The notes below the pieces were generated by a model. The model worked only from the letters and a program-made list of their open reading frames with translations, was not told the origin of the DNA and made no database searches. A program made the position numbers and the translations under genes. Shown one piece after another: positions 24,916 to 41,003 of a stretch of DNA of 61,862 bases. Every line of letters starts with the position of its first letter. Positions within the stretch are counted from its first letter, which is position 1. The stretch comes from Perkinsus chesapeaki ATCC PRA-425 (Eukaryota; Protista; Perkinsozoa), in assembly GCA_013115145.1 (NCBI GenBank), contig JAAPAO010000150.1:1-61862 (forward strand). The letters are read 5' to 3'.

Positions 24916-26208
24916 TTAGCAAGAAACACCGAGAGTTGCGAGATGGTAGAAGTCTTCGGTAGAGGTAATGTGTATAACTCTGCATGAGCCATAGAGCCTG
25001 TTGACAAGACCAACGACCATACGCTGCAGCTCATCTACCTGAAATAGAAGACAGGAGACCGAATCGATCTGATCGATACCCCAACCGAGATCCACCGGAG
25101 ACTTCTAGTACGATATAGAAAACTAAAGGCAAAAGAAGAACCTCGAATAGAGAAATACTACATATAGAAGGCTACACTGTTTAGAAGGACATTAAACCGA
25201 GAGAGGCCCACCTTGTCGGAAGGTGTGAAGCCATCATCTCCACTACGCGAAATGATGACTATCCCTGGTGGGCAGCTGTAGCGACCAGGAAGCAGTTTTT
25301 CCAGCTCCGCGAAAGCCCTGGAAATCTCATCATCCGAAGACTCGTGAGAGGGGAGTGTTGGACATTCCTCGGGTACCTGGCAACCAGTGACGATCCCATC
25401 GGCCAGTTAGAGTACAGGATTGAAGCAGGAGAAGTAATCGAGGTCCACGTCGAGAATCCAACCAGATCGATGAGGAGCTGCGGCATTCTCTGAGAGGCTA
25501 GCTGCCCTCCCGACTTCCAGTTCAAACGAGGCTGATGGATCCTCAGGCTCGACCTTAGAGTCGCCATCAATGCCTTCGCCTTCATGGAGCCAATAGTGAA
25601 GGCCACTCCACACCTGACAGAGCAATACTCCGGGGAAGGCCTGTGGACTGACGACTGTGGGCCCCACTGGGGTCACTGAGCTGACGATGCACTATCTATC
25701 CTACTCTCATTCGCCCATCTTTAAACCCAACTTGCAGCTTCCTAGGATGGCAGTCGGGGAGCTGATGAGCCCAAGTAGGACGGCACCAGACCACTCGACC
25801 AACGTGGCCCTGTAAGACAGACGGGAGAAGCCAGCCTGATATCCCGTACACATCTGAGGTAAATAACAAGTCATTTCCAAGGACCAATGAAATCGAACTG
25901 CTTATGGATTGCCGCTTACCGTTCTCGAGCTTAGTGTAAAGGTCGACGGGGTCACCAAAAATATCTTCCGGGCCGAGCGCCTTTGATGCCGCCAAATCTG
26001 GATGGGCATCCACGTGGAAGACCTTAACAAGAAGCAATGTCAAAGATCGAGCACGTGCAACCGATCCGACCTCAAGATTCTCATCAGCCAGCCACTGTCT
26101 CCGAATGGCTAAGTGCAGGCTGGCAAGACCACTCGTGTGGCTTTCCACAACTACGACTGGCAGCCTCGACTCTCCAGCGGTCTCGCGTGAACATCGCTTC
26201 GCCGGCAT
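24916..26208 (-). CDS. UPF0489 (C5orf22-like) protein, multi-exon
   Basis: [41 protein letters not shown] and [12 protein letters not shown] motifs. Confidence 0.88.
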
Positions 26209-26287
26209 ATGCGAACGCAAGAACCTCTGGCCCAGAGGCCATTATAGTGGTACTGTAACGCGTCAAATAGTGCGGGTCAGAAACACT

Positions 26288-29295
<3,008 letters not shown>

Positions 29296-29388
29296 AAGGG
29301 GATAACTGATCCACACATTTGTACAGCAAACTCAAAGCCATTTATTATAGACGGAAACATCTTAGAGATTCCCCGAAACATGCGATAG

Positions 29389-32300
29389 TCAAAAATCATT
29401 GTAGAGCTCATCGTTGAGGGTGTCGAAGTCGATCTCCGCATAGCCGATCGGAATTGCCTATGAAACCGCTCAGGCCGGCGGCGCCGATGGAAAACGCGCT
29501 CACCTGAAGAGTAGTTCGTCCGCCTGTAGTGGCGCGGACGTGAGCGGCATATCCCTTCATCTTCGACTGTGGTACATATGCCACCAGCTCACAAGTGAAG
29601 TCATCATGAGACTCTACAGGATCAACGTGTGCTCGTCTGTTGAGAATAAGTTCTCTTCGAACTGGTCCACTGAGCTGAGCACAGCTCTAGTCTAGGTGCC
29701 GGGAGGCGAGCTTACCGTTCCGCGGACTTCCTCGGGGCCGCTGATAACCACCTGAACTACCGGCTCTAGCATTCTCACTGAGCCCTTCTTCTTGGCCTGG
29801 CAAAGCTGAGCAGCTGAAAAAGCTAAGTGACTCACCATCTTCATGAGGTGCTGAAACATTCGTATGACTTCGTCCTTAAGGACCTCCCTTTTGCTGTCGG
29901 CCTCCCAGATCACATCAGACAGGGTCACCTTATGAGAGCAGCCACAATAGACGTTTGTGTGCTGCCACTGTCTACTTGTGTTGCAGCCATCCTCGACTTC
30001 TTCACCGGGCCCATCGTGAGGGCATCGTTCAGCAACTCTGTTAGCTCGGCCTTCAGCTCGTCGGGGAGTTTGGTATCATCATCAACACCATCAATAATCT
30101 CAACCTCATTGACATAGGCGGCCTCACCTCCCTCTTCACCTTCCTCGAGATCGGGAAGGTCCCTTCTGGGCCCGACTGATAGCATAAACCTCAGGGAGAG
30201 ATCGAGTCCATGTCCAGGTGAGGAGCTGGTCAAGGCAAAGGCCTCAGAAAGATACTCTCTGTAGGTTATCTGGAAGCCGGTGATCGGAAACCAACCCTAG
30301 CCGTGACCAACCCTGAGGTCCCCCATTCTAGCTGGTATGTGGTATTCTGTCTCGATGCGGTCCCTTAAGAGATCGAGGTGGAAGTCGCCCATGCCCCAGA
30401 CGAGGAACTGGCCCGTGCTAGGGTCCACTTTGAAGCTGAAGGAGGAGGGAGAAGCCAACAATGATTCTATTATCGATTCACATTTCAGAGTCGAACAATC
30501 CCATAGAAAAATGTTAAAGCGTCGACAAATTTCTCAAGAGTAAATATTACGTTTTTCACAACACTACCCAGCAGACCCAACGCTGTTGTTTCGGGGAACC
30601 AGCATTGCTCACTCTAAGCTAGGGTCCTCCAGCATCATCCGCTTTAGCGCTGTCTTCAGAATCTCATCATTACCCCTAGTGTCGCTGGTGAATGTGGTGA
30701 AGCAAACACCAGGTAACTGATATAGAGCTTCACAACGAATACCTATACAACTTCTCCGGAGTAGTAAGCCCTACCGTATAGTAGCTCCACCTTTGCCGGG
30801 GTGAGACTACTAATAATCGACATGCTGCACAATACTAGCACCAATCTGCGTACAGTGCAGCAGTACTACCCATCCATAAGACAGTCTCTATCCACACTAC
30901 CCCTTCCCCCTCCCTCACCTCACTGGCTTTGGCATCAGCCTTCCGGAGCTCTATAATCGCCTGACAGGCCTCATTCATCCTAGAATCATCCTCCACCGCA
31001 GTCAGTATATCGCCGCTCCTTATATTCTCCAGTCCGCTAACCACGCCTATGTCCCCGGCTGCGAACGGCAGTGCAACTAGCGCATCGACGGCTCTTACCA
31101 AGTAGCACCTTTCTCTCGTGCAGCTCAGATGCTTTCACCCTATAAACGCCTCGAGCTGTCTCCTCTTCGCCGGCCTTTTCCCGAGTCCTATTCCGAAGCC
31201 TCGTGCCGGTGGTAACACTCCCCGATAGGATTCTGATCGAGGAGGACCCGTTCAGGGATGTCGGATGATGATGCTATCATTGTTCCTCCTCCTTGGCCAC
31301 ACTGCCCAGTACTGAGGATTACGTATATGTGGCACACGGGTTCTACGGTACGAATAGCTCACTAGCTTTCTACTGAAAAGTCTCTGTGAGTGAGTAGATT
31401 CGGGTATAGTACCCCACAGCAGACCCCACCTGGAGTAGACCACATTGCCTCGCTCTTCCTCCTCTGGATCAGCTGATGGCGGTATGACCTTAAAGGCTTC
31501 TATTATAGTGGTTGGTGCCAGAGGGTCTGGTAGGTAATGGTGCCGGTCCCGTGCAGCCTCGATAGGATTGCCCAGATACAGAGCTATGCAGTTCATCAGG
31601 TGCTGATCAACCCAAGCATCGTCATACCTAGACCAACTGGCACCCTACCTGTATGCCTACGTTCGTTGTGGCAGAGCCGAAGAGAACTGGGACCACCGTT
31701 CTCTTCACCGATTGCCGTCGAATCGCGGCGCTGATGCGCTCAGGGGACCCCTCTCCGCCGTCAAAGTAGTCCTCGGCGAATTTCTCGTCGAGGATGGCCA
31801 ATGTCTCCAGCAGATCTGTTCGAGCCTCTTCGATTCCCTTCCGAATTTCCTCGTCCACCACCGGGACATCAGTGAGATTCTCACCATACTGGCCCCTGTA
31901 CTCGTAGCCCTGCCGAGTGAGCAGGTCCACAGTCCCCCGGATGCCTCCCTTGGGCCGGATAAGCGGATACTGGATCATCACTGGTTTGCTCATCGACTTC
32001 GGCAAAGCGGTGTTGAGGCTTCTGCAAGCTGTCTCCCATGAGGCGCCCTCAACATCTAATTTGTTAACAAAAATGAGTCTAGGTAAATGATCAGTTTGCC
32101 TCCATATAGTCCTCGTCTGTGCCTGCACTCCAGCAGTGCCATCAATAACAACAACAGCACCGTCTAGCACTCGCACCGCCCTCTGGACTTCTGCTCCGAA
32201 TTCCACATGTCCCGGAGTGTCCACCAAGTTTACTGTATAGCCCTTCCATTTGAACGTAGTGGCCGCCGCCCTAATAGATATCCCTCTCTCAACCTCCTGC

Positions 32301-32437
32301 CTGAGGTAGTCCATCTGAGCCGTCCCCTGGTCCACGCTTCCCGGCTGCCCTATCTCCCCAGCATGCACCAGCATCCTCTCGGTCGTGGTGGTCTTGCCGG
32401 CATCAACATGGGCGAATACACCGATGTTTCGTATCAT
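29389..32437 (-). CDS. GFM2: Elongation factor G2-like GTPase, tandem paralog B, no in-frame presequence
   Basis: [34 protein letters not shown]; domain [22 protein letters not shown]; stop at 29389-29391. Confidence 0.8.
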
Positions 32438-32681
32438 CGCTCAGTGTCCGCATTTGCCCCGAACCATCGCGCAGCCGGGGAGACTTTCACTCGCCCCGTG
32501 GCGCGCGACAAAACAGGTGCTCCCTTAGCTATCACCGAGCGCATGACAATGAGTCATTTACTAACGATAGCATCAACCATACCGCCCTCTTTGACCTTTA
32601 CAAGCGCAACACCTGTCCATGGAGGGAACAGTATACGTTGGAGAACAACAACTGGTAGTACGCTGCAGTTCTGGAAGGCGA

Positions 32682-33432
32682 TTACGTGTTAACGTTGAAA
32701 CGGTAGCCGCACTTCTGGCATTCGTAGAAGACCGTCTGTCCTTCATCTGCACTACGCAGCTGCTGGGTCCAGAAAGCCATCCGAGGATTCTTGCACTTCG
32801 GGCATTCTTCATCGACCTAATACCACAAGGACATAAAACGCGGCCAAGGTAAGGCATGAGACACAAGTGTGGCCTCCATTATCTCAAGGTACATTCCAAT
32901 CCTCTATAGTAACCGGTGATCAATCAATGACTTACTATCACAACGACGACGATGAGGAGGAGGAAAGGCTCATATTGAGCGCTCACTGTACCAGGCAGAG
33001 GGCGGACAGGATGGAGCAACCCCGCCTTCATAGCAATTCACTTCGAATGACGCAATACATACGAGTGCTCGAATGCTGCTGCTGTTATCCAACGCACCCT
33101 CGGTGCTAGAGTTTATTTGCCACGGCGATATACAGTCCAACGCCGACAGATGTGTCGAGAATGCCTACCAGAGCCATCTTCTTATCTCCCTTCTTCTCCT
33201 TTCCTTCTTCTTCATCTATAATATTCTTCATCCATACCTTCATCTCGCCATAGTCAAGTACAGCATGAGACTCCATCAAAGGACCGGTGGCGAATCCTAA
33301 AAAGCGGTCGGGCAGTAATACGACCCCCAGGCAACCCAGCAGCTCACGGTCTCTCTTGGCACCACATCGTGGACAGACTGAGTACTGCCCCTTCTGTCTC
33401 TGGTCATAGAAAGATCCGCAATCTGAAACCAT
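32682..33432 (-). CDS. RPA12: RNA polymerase I subunit RPA12; start codon uncertain
   Basis: N-terminal ribbon DCGS...CPRCG. Last exon VDEECPKCKNPRMAFWTQQLRSADEGQTVFYECQKCGYRF. Intron 32817-33168. Confidence 0.9.
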
Positions 33433-33788
33433 AGTCTATCACCACATCTCTGGCGAGGTTATCTTAATCGCTGGTTGACGATCGGATGCTTGTCCATTCT
33501 ATAATTTTATATAATACGATGACTGTACATAAATGTACTATACTGAATATCGTATATTATATTCGTTGAATAGTGTCACCGTACAGATGGCAAGGTTCTT
33601 ACGCCGCATCTCGCTCACTTCGTCATGCTTGATCGATCTCAAAACTATACCTCACCGTCAGATCTGACTGCGGTAATGCACGTTTGGAACGAAGGAAAGC
33701 GTCACTACTGCCTTTCAAGATGACTACAACCGGAGGAGCATTCTACCCAGTGTATTTTTTAATCCCCAAAGGCTTGGGGAGGCATAGA

Positions 33789-34082
33789 CTAATGCAAATC
33801 CGCATGTCCCTGCTTACATCCACAGAACATGTTTTCGTATTTGAAGTACTCATCCTTGGATACCTTAGCCCATTCAGGAAGCTCAGATTCGTCAGCACAC
33901 AGTTCCGCCTGATAAAGCAGCCAGTATGCACTCCACCAACACAGCAGCCTGGTTACGTCTGCCTCGGTAGAATCCTTCTCCGCCGGATCCTTGTATGCAA
34001 GAGGCTTGCGTTTGAGCCATTCACTGGAGGTGACAGCCGGCACGAGAGGGCCGAAGGGGCCGTGGGGACGAAAGGAGGACAT
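33789..34082 (-). CDS. Small hypothetical protein
   Basis: ORF MSSFRPHGPFGPLVP...; protein-like composition only. Confidence 0.3.
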   Translation of the reverse strand: MSSFRPHGPFGPLVPAVTSSEWLKRKPLAYKDPAEKDSTEADVTRLLCWWSAYWLLYQAELCADESELPEWAKVSKDEYFKYENMFCGCKQGHADLH

Positions 34083-34199
34083 CGCGAGAAACCGCTGGTA
34101 CAAACAACAACAGCAAGCTGGAGAGGGAACATAATCGCCGCCGCCGTCGAAGGGAACTCAGCAGAGGGACGATCAAGAAACACTAACCGAGAAACATCG

Positions 34200-35222
34200 T
34201 CAATCCGCCTGACTCTCCTCTGCGAAAAACTTGGACGCTGCCATGGCCATTTTAAGCGTTCGATCCGAGACGTCATGGTCGCCTTCAACACTGAAATGAT
34301 TGCCATTGAATAACAGCAAAGTGGAGGAGACTTACGTGCCCCACTTCCCTCTGTTATCCAGCTCCTCCAGCACTGATGCTCGGCACGCCTGATAAAGAGC
34401 GTTCCCAACCGCCGCAACAGTGCCTTCTTACCTCATTAAGTGGGGCGTTGCCTAGATAGTAGTTGAGGGCTATAATGACAGACTTGGCAGACCTGGTCAT
34501 CTCATCGAAGGCCGTAAGCTGCCATGGACTCAAAGTGCTGAGGTAAGCCCGGAGTGCCGCGTCCTGACCGCGAACATGCTGAATAGGTTTGTAGCAGTGA
34601 AGCCCTACAGCTCCTTCTGAGTGCTTGGGAAGCGATATACCCTTGCATGAAGCAATCGTGCAGTTAAATTTCTCCGAGACGTACCTGAGAATGAGACCGT
34701 CTCTCACCCGCGATTTGAGGAAAAGTCGGTATGAAACTTACTTTCTGTATTTGATCCATTCCGGATACTCGCCATAGCATGTCATATCGGTGTTAAGATA
34801 ATGAAGATTCCTCTCCACCACACCTTCCATGTCTTCCATCGTCAAATCAATAGTCGTTGCCGCCAGCGCCATCAGAGGCATGTAACTGCAAAAAGTCGGT
34901 ATGAGCACGCATGCCCAAATTCCCTCTTCACCCACTGCGGACGTACAAACCGATCCTGTCGGTCCCATTCCTCGGCTACTGCGTATGCCAGGCCCTCTGA
35001 CGGCAGGACCAGATGCCGCTTGGCTGGTGTTGACAGGTGCCTGACGAAGCTCATTCGAAGCCGACGCTGGAGTATCTTAGCTCACTTGCCGTCCAATAGA
35101 ACTGTCCACCCTGCGTCGCCGTCGGTCCTAGCCACCTTTACGACATCATAAAACCGTTTCTGCATTCTGGCCGTGTTGCTAGGCAAGGCGGCCAGGAGCC
35201 GTCGACTTGGCCGCAAAGACAT
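34200..35222 (-). CDS. ATP12: ATP synthase F1 assembly chaperone ATP12, multi-exon
   Basis: Presequence, then MQKRFYDVV, VLLDGK, TPAKRHLVLPSEGLAYAVAEEWDRQ, MPLMALAATTID, YLNTD, VEGDHD. Confidence 0.92.
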
Positions 35223-35240
35223 TACTAATGATGGACTACT

Positions 35241-37330
35241 TTATAGAGCTTGGGCACCACAGGACGGCAGCACGCAACGCACCAGTGGCGGTGATACAAA
35301 GGCTAATAGATTATAATAATGGGGGAACAACCAGCAGTAGCATTCCGAAGAGCTGCTGCTGAGACATGGGATTCGGCGAATTCTATCAGAGATTCCGTTG
35401 CGGGTGTCTCTCTGGCAGTTGATATTCGGGTACGTTGTAAATGTTACATTTGAAGAAAGAACAGAAATGTTGGTTGTGCCAGCCGCCGTCAACATTGTGA
35501 TCATCGGCCGAAGAGGGTTGCTATGGTGCGCCACAACGTTGAGGGTCCAGTAACCCCATTGCCCCTTCTTCTTGCTTCGCTACATCTCTTCACTGTAGGG
35601 GGAGGGGCACGGCCACAGACAGCTCTCTCAACTACATGGGAGACAGTTCCTACTACATTACTAGAGGAGTACCAGTTCAGTATCTGATACAAGAATCGTC
35701 TGGTGACACGTGCCAATGAATCACCACCAACCTCCTCACACTCTCGACACTCCAGCTTGTCTATTCCAACTTCACAGCACGCCAAGCGCTCCGGAGTCCA
35801 TCCGGCTCGAGACCAAAGACAGGTAAGATAGCTTTCTCGGAGACGCTCTACAGGAGCGGAACCGAGGCCGCCTCGGCACACACAGATCGAAGAGGCCTCT
35901 TCGTTGGCACAAAATATCGGGAACATGGGATACCTGAACAAGGGAAGGAAGTCACGTTACGATGAAGCAGTTTCATTATACTATTTTATTATATTTTCTA
36001 ATTTTATAATTTTCATAAAAAATAATTTTATAATTTAATTTCTTATAATTTCATGTTATTCTATTTTATTATAGATTTGATAAACGATATCTGTCTAATA
36101 TTATACACTGTCCTAACATAAATATATTTCGTAACTTTTACAAGGCAATCAGAAGCTGCAGGTAGAGTTGATGAAGGTGGCACCACACGTGGCACGTGAC
36201 ACAGAGTGCTGTCCCCTAGTTTCGGGTATCTTACAGTTTTCTACGTAGCTGATACAAGCGGTACGGGTCCATGCCCCAACCGCGACTTGGGTTGAATGAA
36301 ATATCAAAGAGCTGCAAATCCTTCAGAGAGTGCAGCAAGAATAACGCACAAATCAAATCCTAAAACAAAACCATCAATGCTTCTAATCACCGATCTTCCT
36401 CACCTCATTATTATCCGTCGTCGCTCCAGCTAGAGAGCACCAACGAAGGTGCTGTGCGGCTTCAAGAACGTTCCTCAGTGAACGGGCAGGTATATGACAA
36501 AGACCTGACGAACCACAGTTGCCCAGGCTTCACTACAGGGCTTACCTTTACGGTCAGAAATGAGCTGTAGGTCCCTCAGGCTGTCCATGCCACAAGGGAA
36601 CTCGAGTTGACCCGGAGAGCAGTCTCGTGCTGCTGATAAAGTAATCTTTTTCAAGGACGTCTTGAGCAGCGGTTTCACAACATCAAAATTGTTGATCTGG
36701 AAAGATACGTTTCGAGCTAAGTTGCCAACATGTGCCGCCCGCCCTACATTCTCTAATCGGAGCTCTTCTAAGTTACATTTTCCAAAATTCAACAATAGTG
36801 GTTCGATATTAACTATACGACAGTCAACTTCCAGCCGACGAAGTGACCTGGTGACCATCGGACTCGCAAGAGCCATGCGTAGAGGTTCATCAATCTGGCC
36901 ATCCAAGCGCAGGCTCCACAGCATCGGGCTCAGGTAGCCTCGGGAAGAAGAAGACGAACACAAATCGCTGCTTCTTAAATGCATGCTCCAGAAGCATGCC
37001 AGGTGGTTGCGCCCTGAACGTAAGATTCAGGTTCGAGTCTCGATAACGCTGTGGGGCTACCTTGCTGCTTCCACCGGCTCCCCGGCGGCATGCCCTCCCA
37101 CATAAGCTCTTCAATTAAAGTGGACGACTTCAACATATTTTCTATCTCTCCAGCGTCAAGAAATATACAGATATTCGCCGCGACTAGAGCGCCGCCTCTG
37201 GCGAGGGTTCTCTCTATAAGTGCTGAGGCGTCATCGTCTTCTACCTGTGGATGCATGAAAAGTAATAATAAGCTTAAAGCCCGTACCAGTCTCCCATTAG
37301 GCGCACTTGAACAAAACAAAACAATACGAA
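35241..37330 (-). CDS. Hypothetical protein with RNI/LRR-like repeats; termini approximate
   Basis: Exonic ORFs with LWSLRL, LRRLEV, LEELRL, LKKITL and LRDLQL periodicity. Confidence 0.5.
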
Positions 37331-37408
37331 GAAACGTTTCGACGTTGGTAGGATTGTGTCATCCTCCTTGGTGAAGGTGTAAATAACGTATTAATAGACA
37401 CAGCATCA

Positions 37409-40400
37409 TCAGTCCTCTCCCTCCGAGTCCGAGAATGCCATCTCATGGACGCTGTCTTGCTGAGCGGCCTCGCCAATGGCTTCAGCTGCCGCTGCTTGTT
37501 GGGCCAGCCAATCTTCTATAGGGGAAATGTGTGCTGATTCGTATTGTTAATTTGCTTACGTCTCTTCTTCTCCTTTTGCCTCTGTCGTTTCAGCGATCGC
37601 TTGCTTCTCGCTGGGCCTTCGGCATCTTCCGCTTCTCCCGTCTCCTCAGCCTGTAAACAGAACAATTGTCCAGCCACCTATACTAGATTGAGCTTCGCAT
37701 GCTTTCGGCTTGGACATCCGAACTATGCGATAGCCACTATCGATAGCCACGGCCGTTGCTATCGAACGCTCACAGGTGGCAAGTGAGCTATATCTCTCCA
37801 AGTCAGCCTCGTCAATAAGGATTCGTCATCCAAAGAAGACGCCAATACGATCAGTTCTTTGCCGTGCCTTCCACACATAGACTCCCCCTATATTACCCTT
37901 TGCCTCTTAAGCCTCCTTTCAATCTCCTTATCTCCTGTCATCATAGCCTCTATCTTACTCTTCTCTTCCTCCTCTCTTTGCTTCTTTTGCTGCATATATG
38001 CCTTACCCATAGCACTATCACCGTACTCGTATCTACAGCACCACCACCGTCACCACCCCAACCACCAATAAGAAGCCAGTACATCATAAACTGCTCCGGT
38101 GGGGATTTCAAGGCGCTTCTCATCCGACTGATCTGGGCCGATGTCTCCTCTGACAGTGTGATCAGAGGCTTCAACTGAACCCCACACAAGTCCAGCCCCC
38201 TCTGGCCTGGTCACCCACCTCGTGCTTGACTGCCAAGTTGGATTTTTGCAGCCTTCGGAGATGCGTCATAAGAGGCGTAGTTATCTCGGGATACGACGGG
38301 CTTCGGGCTAGAAGAGCCAAGTGATGCGTCAGGACGAACAGGAGGTACCTAAGCCACTGCATTCCAGTCATTCAGCAGCTACAGTAGTGCGCTGATCGAG
38401 ACTGACAAGCTTACTTTCGTAGAGCCTGGCTGGTGGGGCGGTTATCCAACTGTCTTTCAGAAACCCTCACTACAAGGTCAACCTATGAGAATAAGGATTA
38501 TACTATTTGATATGGATATCTAACCTGAGTTGGCTTCAAGTCAGTGGAGGCGGCTGCGGACCGTCTGGTACTGGTCTGCTGTTTCTCCTTAGCGGCGAGA
38601 TTCGACAGACCACGCAGCTGAAAATTAATTTTTCTGACACCTCTAGCCATGACCTTACCAACAGAGATGTGAGTGGTGCAAATACGTTAGTCTTCTCGGC
38701 CAGAGAGTTAGCAAGCTCCAACATATGAAGCATGAACGGCATGTACACAGTGTGACCCTCCTTAGACTTAGCCGCCGCCAACAGGATCACCATAAGCGGG
38801 TGAAGCTAATAAATCAGCCGTCCTCTCATCCTATCATCACATTGCTCCCACTAGTACTACCAAATCCTTCAGCTGTTCCGGTAATCGTTCCATCGCGGCC
38901 ACCCAGACCGCTGAACTTCTAACATAACAGACGCTGTAGAGCTGTCGTACAGAGTCCACCCCTGCCGATCCCCCAGCAGCCGCCTTGCTGCTCTTTGAGC
39001 CTCCAGCTGACGATAATGATATGCGGCACGCCCCTAGCGAGAAGGAGCTACCTTGGCCAGGACTGATGGATTTGATGCCCTTGCTCTGGGCCTTCATAGC
39101 TGACCTCAAGATAACACCAAGCTGACGAATACCTTATAAACAAGGACGATGCTCCCCAGTAGCAATGAAGCGACAGAGGCCGTACTAGTGAAGGCGATCC
39201 TATAGGCTGCTTGAGGCTCCAAGGTAAGCATCTCAGCAATACAGTTCTCCATGAACCGACAGGCCGACAGCTGCCTATGTGTCAGGGCTGGTACCCTTTG
39301 AAGAGACACAACGTATCTGAATCACCGACGACTAGAAACTCTGAACTGTCTAGTGGTCGCTATTACGTTCTATACATCCTTCTCATAATGCCTTCAACCT
39401 CCTTGCCCGCCTCTACAGTGGCAGTCTTCGAAGTGCTGCTCTTGAGTATAAGACCAGCCAAGTTGTAGAGCACCGAGAAGGCAGCCAGCTTAGTGCCTTG
39501 GGCAGCTGAGCAAGAGAAATTTACTTAGCATTTCCCCTGCACACTGGGGATTGCGAACCTCCTATCCGCCTCCTTAATCGCTCAAGAACCTCACTTTGCC
39601 CACTTCTTTCTCCAACTATTACCTCCCTTAGCCCACTTTCTACAAAGCTCATTGATAACCAAAGGCTTCAGCTTCTTCAACGGCAGCAAATACTTCAAGG
39701 CATTGGTACTAGACAGCTGCCACAGAACCTGACCAGATAAACCCTTTTACTCTCCCAGCCACCACAACCCTCCATTACGAATTCCTGGGTATCAAGATCC
39801 GTTAGTTGCTGAAGTAGGTTAAGACTCTCGCTCCAGAACATCCGACCGAGCATGTATGTCTTGCCCCCACTGGCGTGGGCCGCTCCCTTCCCCTTAGCCT
39901 TAGCGACTTCCTTATCGTGATGGTCTAGCAGCTCAGGAGCCTAGTAAACGACGATACACGGACTGTGTGTGCGATATACAATAGGTACGTTCTTAAGAGT
40001 CCACTCCAGCACTGCATTGAAAACAGCCTCATCCTCTATACGAACACCGGCGGCTAAGCTTCCATCTGAACACTGCCATAACCACCCCAGTTCAATAAGC
40101 CCACACTACCCTCGCCATCCTCCTCTTTAGCCTCTCCTTTGCTCATTCTACTGGCCACACGATATGCCGATAGAACTGCTCTAAGGGCCTTCAGTGACTT
40201 GTTGCCGTCCTTCTTTCCCTCAGCTGCCTCTGTAAGCTGATTAAGGCGCTCAATCGTCAGTACCTACATGGAGCACTTAGTCTACCAAAGAGATGGCCCA
40301 ACAATCTCTACTACCCCAGCCTGCGCCTTGGGCTTCGCCTCCTTAGCCCCTGCAGGAGCAGCAGCACTACCATCATCGTCCTCATGGCCGAATTCAAGCA

Positions 40401-41003
40401 AGTCCTGATCTGTCTCTTGGAGAAACCTATGAAAAGCCTTCTTCAAAACAGGTGAGCATGCCAGCCTACTTGTAGAACTCTGGATCAGTTTCCTTCAGAG
40501 CCTCTAATTCCTTCTTATGAAGGTCGGCCTCATCACCTTGGCCTAACCATACCAAGCTCTCGGATTACTACCCCTTGATGCACACTACCCTCTTCAGATC
40601 CCCCCTCATTCTCCTCTCCCTCATGGAGGGCCTTCTCAAGCTCCTCCTCGCCGTCCATACCATCCGGGACGCAGAAAACAGCTTCATCGTCCGACCCTAC
40701 CAACCACGGAGCTCCCTATAATTTGCCAAATAACAGAAGCTACCCATTTCGGCCAGTTGAGCGTCGAGTTCGGCATCCATATCCTCATCAGGAACCTCCA
40801 ATGGCTCGTCGGCTAACTTAGCTGAATTCAACCACAAAATGGATCACTCCGGCCTTGTTGTTTTCCCCACTACCTTTCCGCTTGCTTTCCTTGATCTCAT
40901 CTCTATGCTTAATCTTCTGTGTCAGCTTGGTCTTTTGCTTTGCCTTTGCCGACACCCTGGACTGGGCCTTATTAAACTTCTTAGAACCCTTCTTGGACAC
41001 CAT
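37409..41003 (-). CDS. NOC2: Nucleolar complex protein 2 (NOC2), multi-exon
   Basis: Lys-rich start MVSKKGSKKF, acidic tract, FMENCIAEMLTLEPQAAYRIAF, YMPFMLHML, acidic end AFSDSEGED. Confidence 0.78.
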
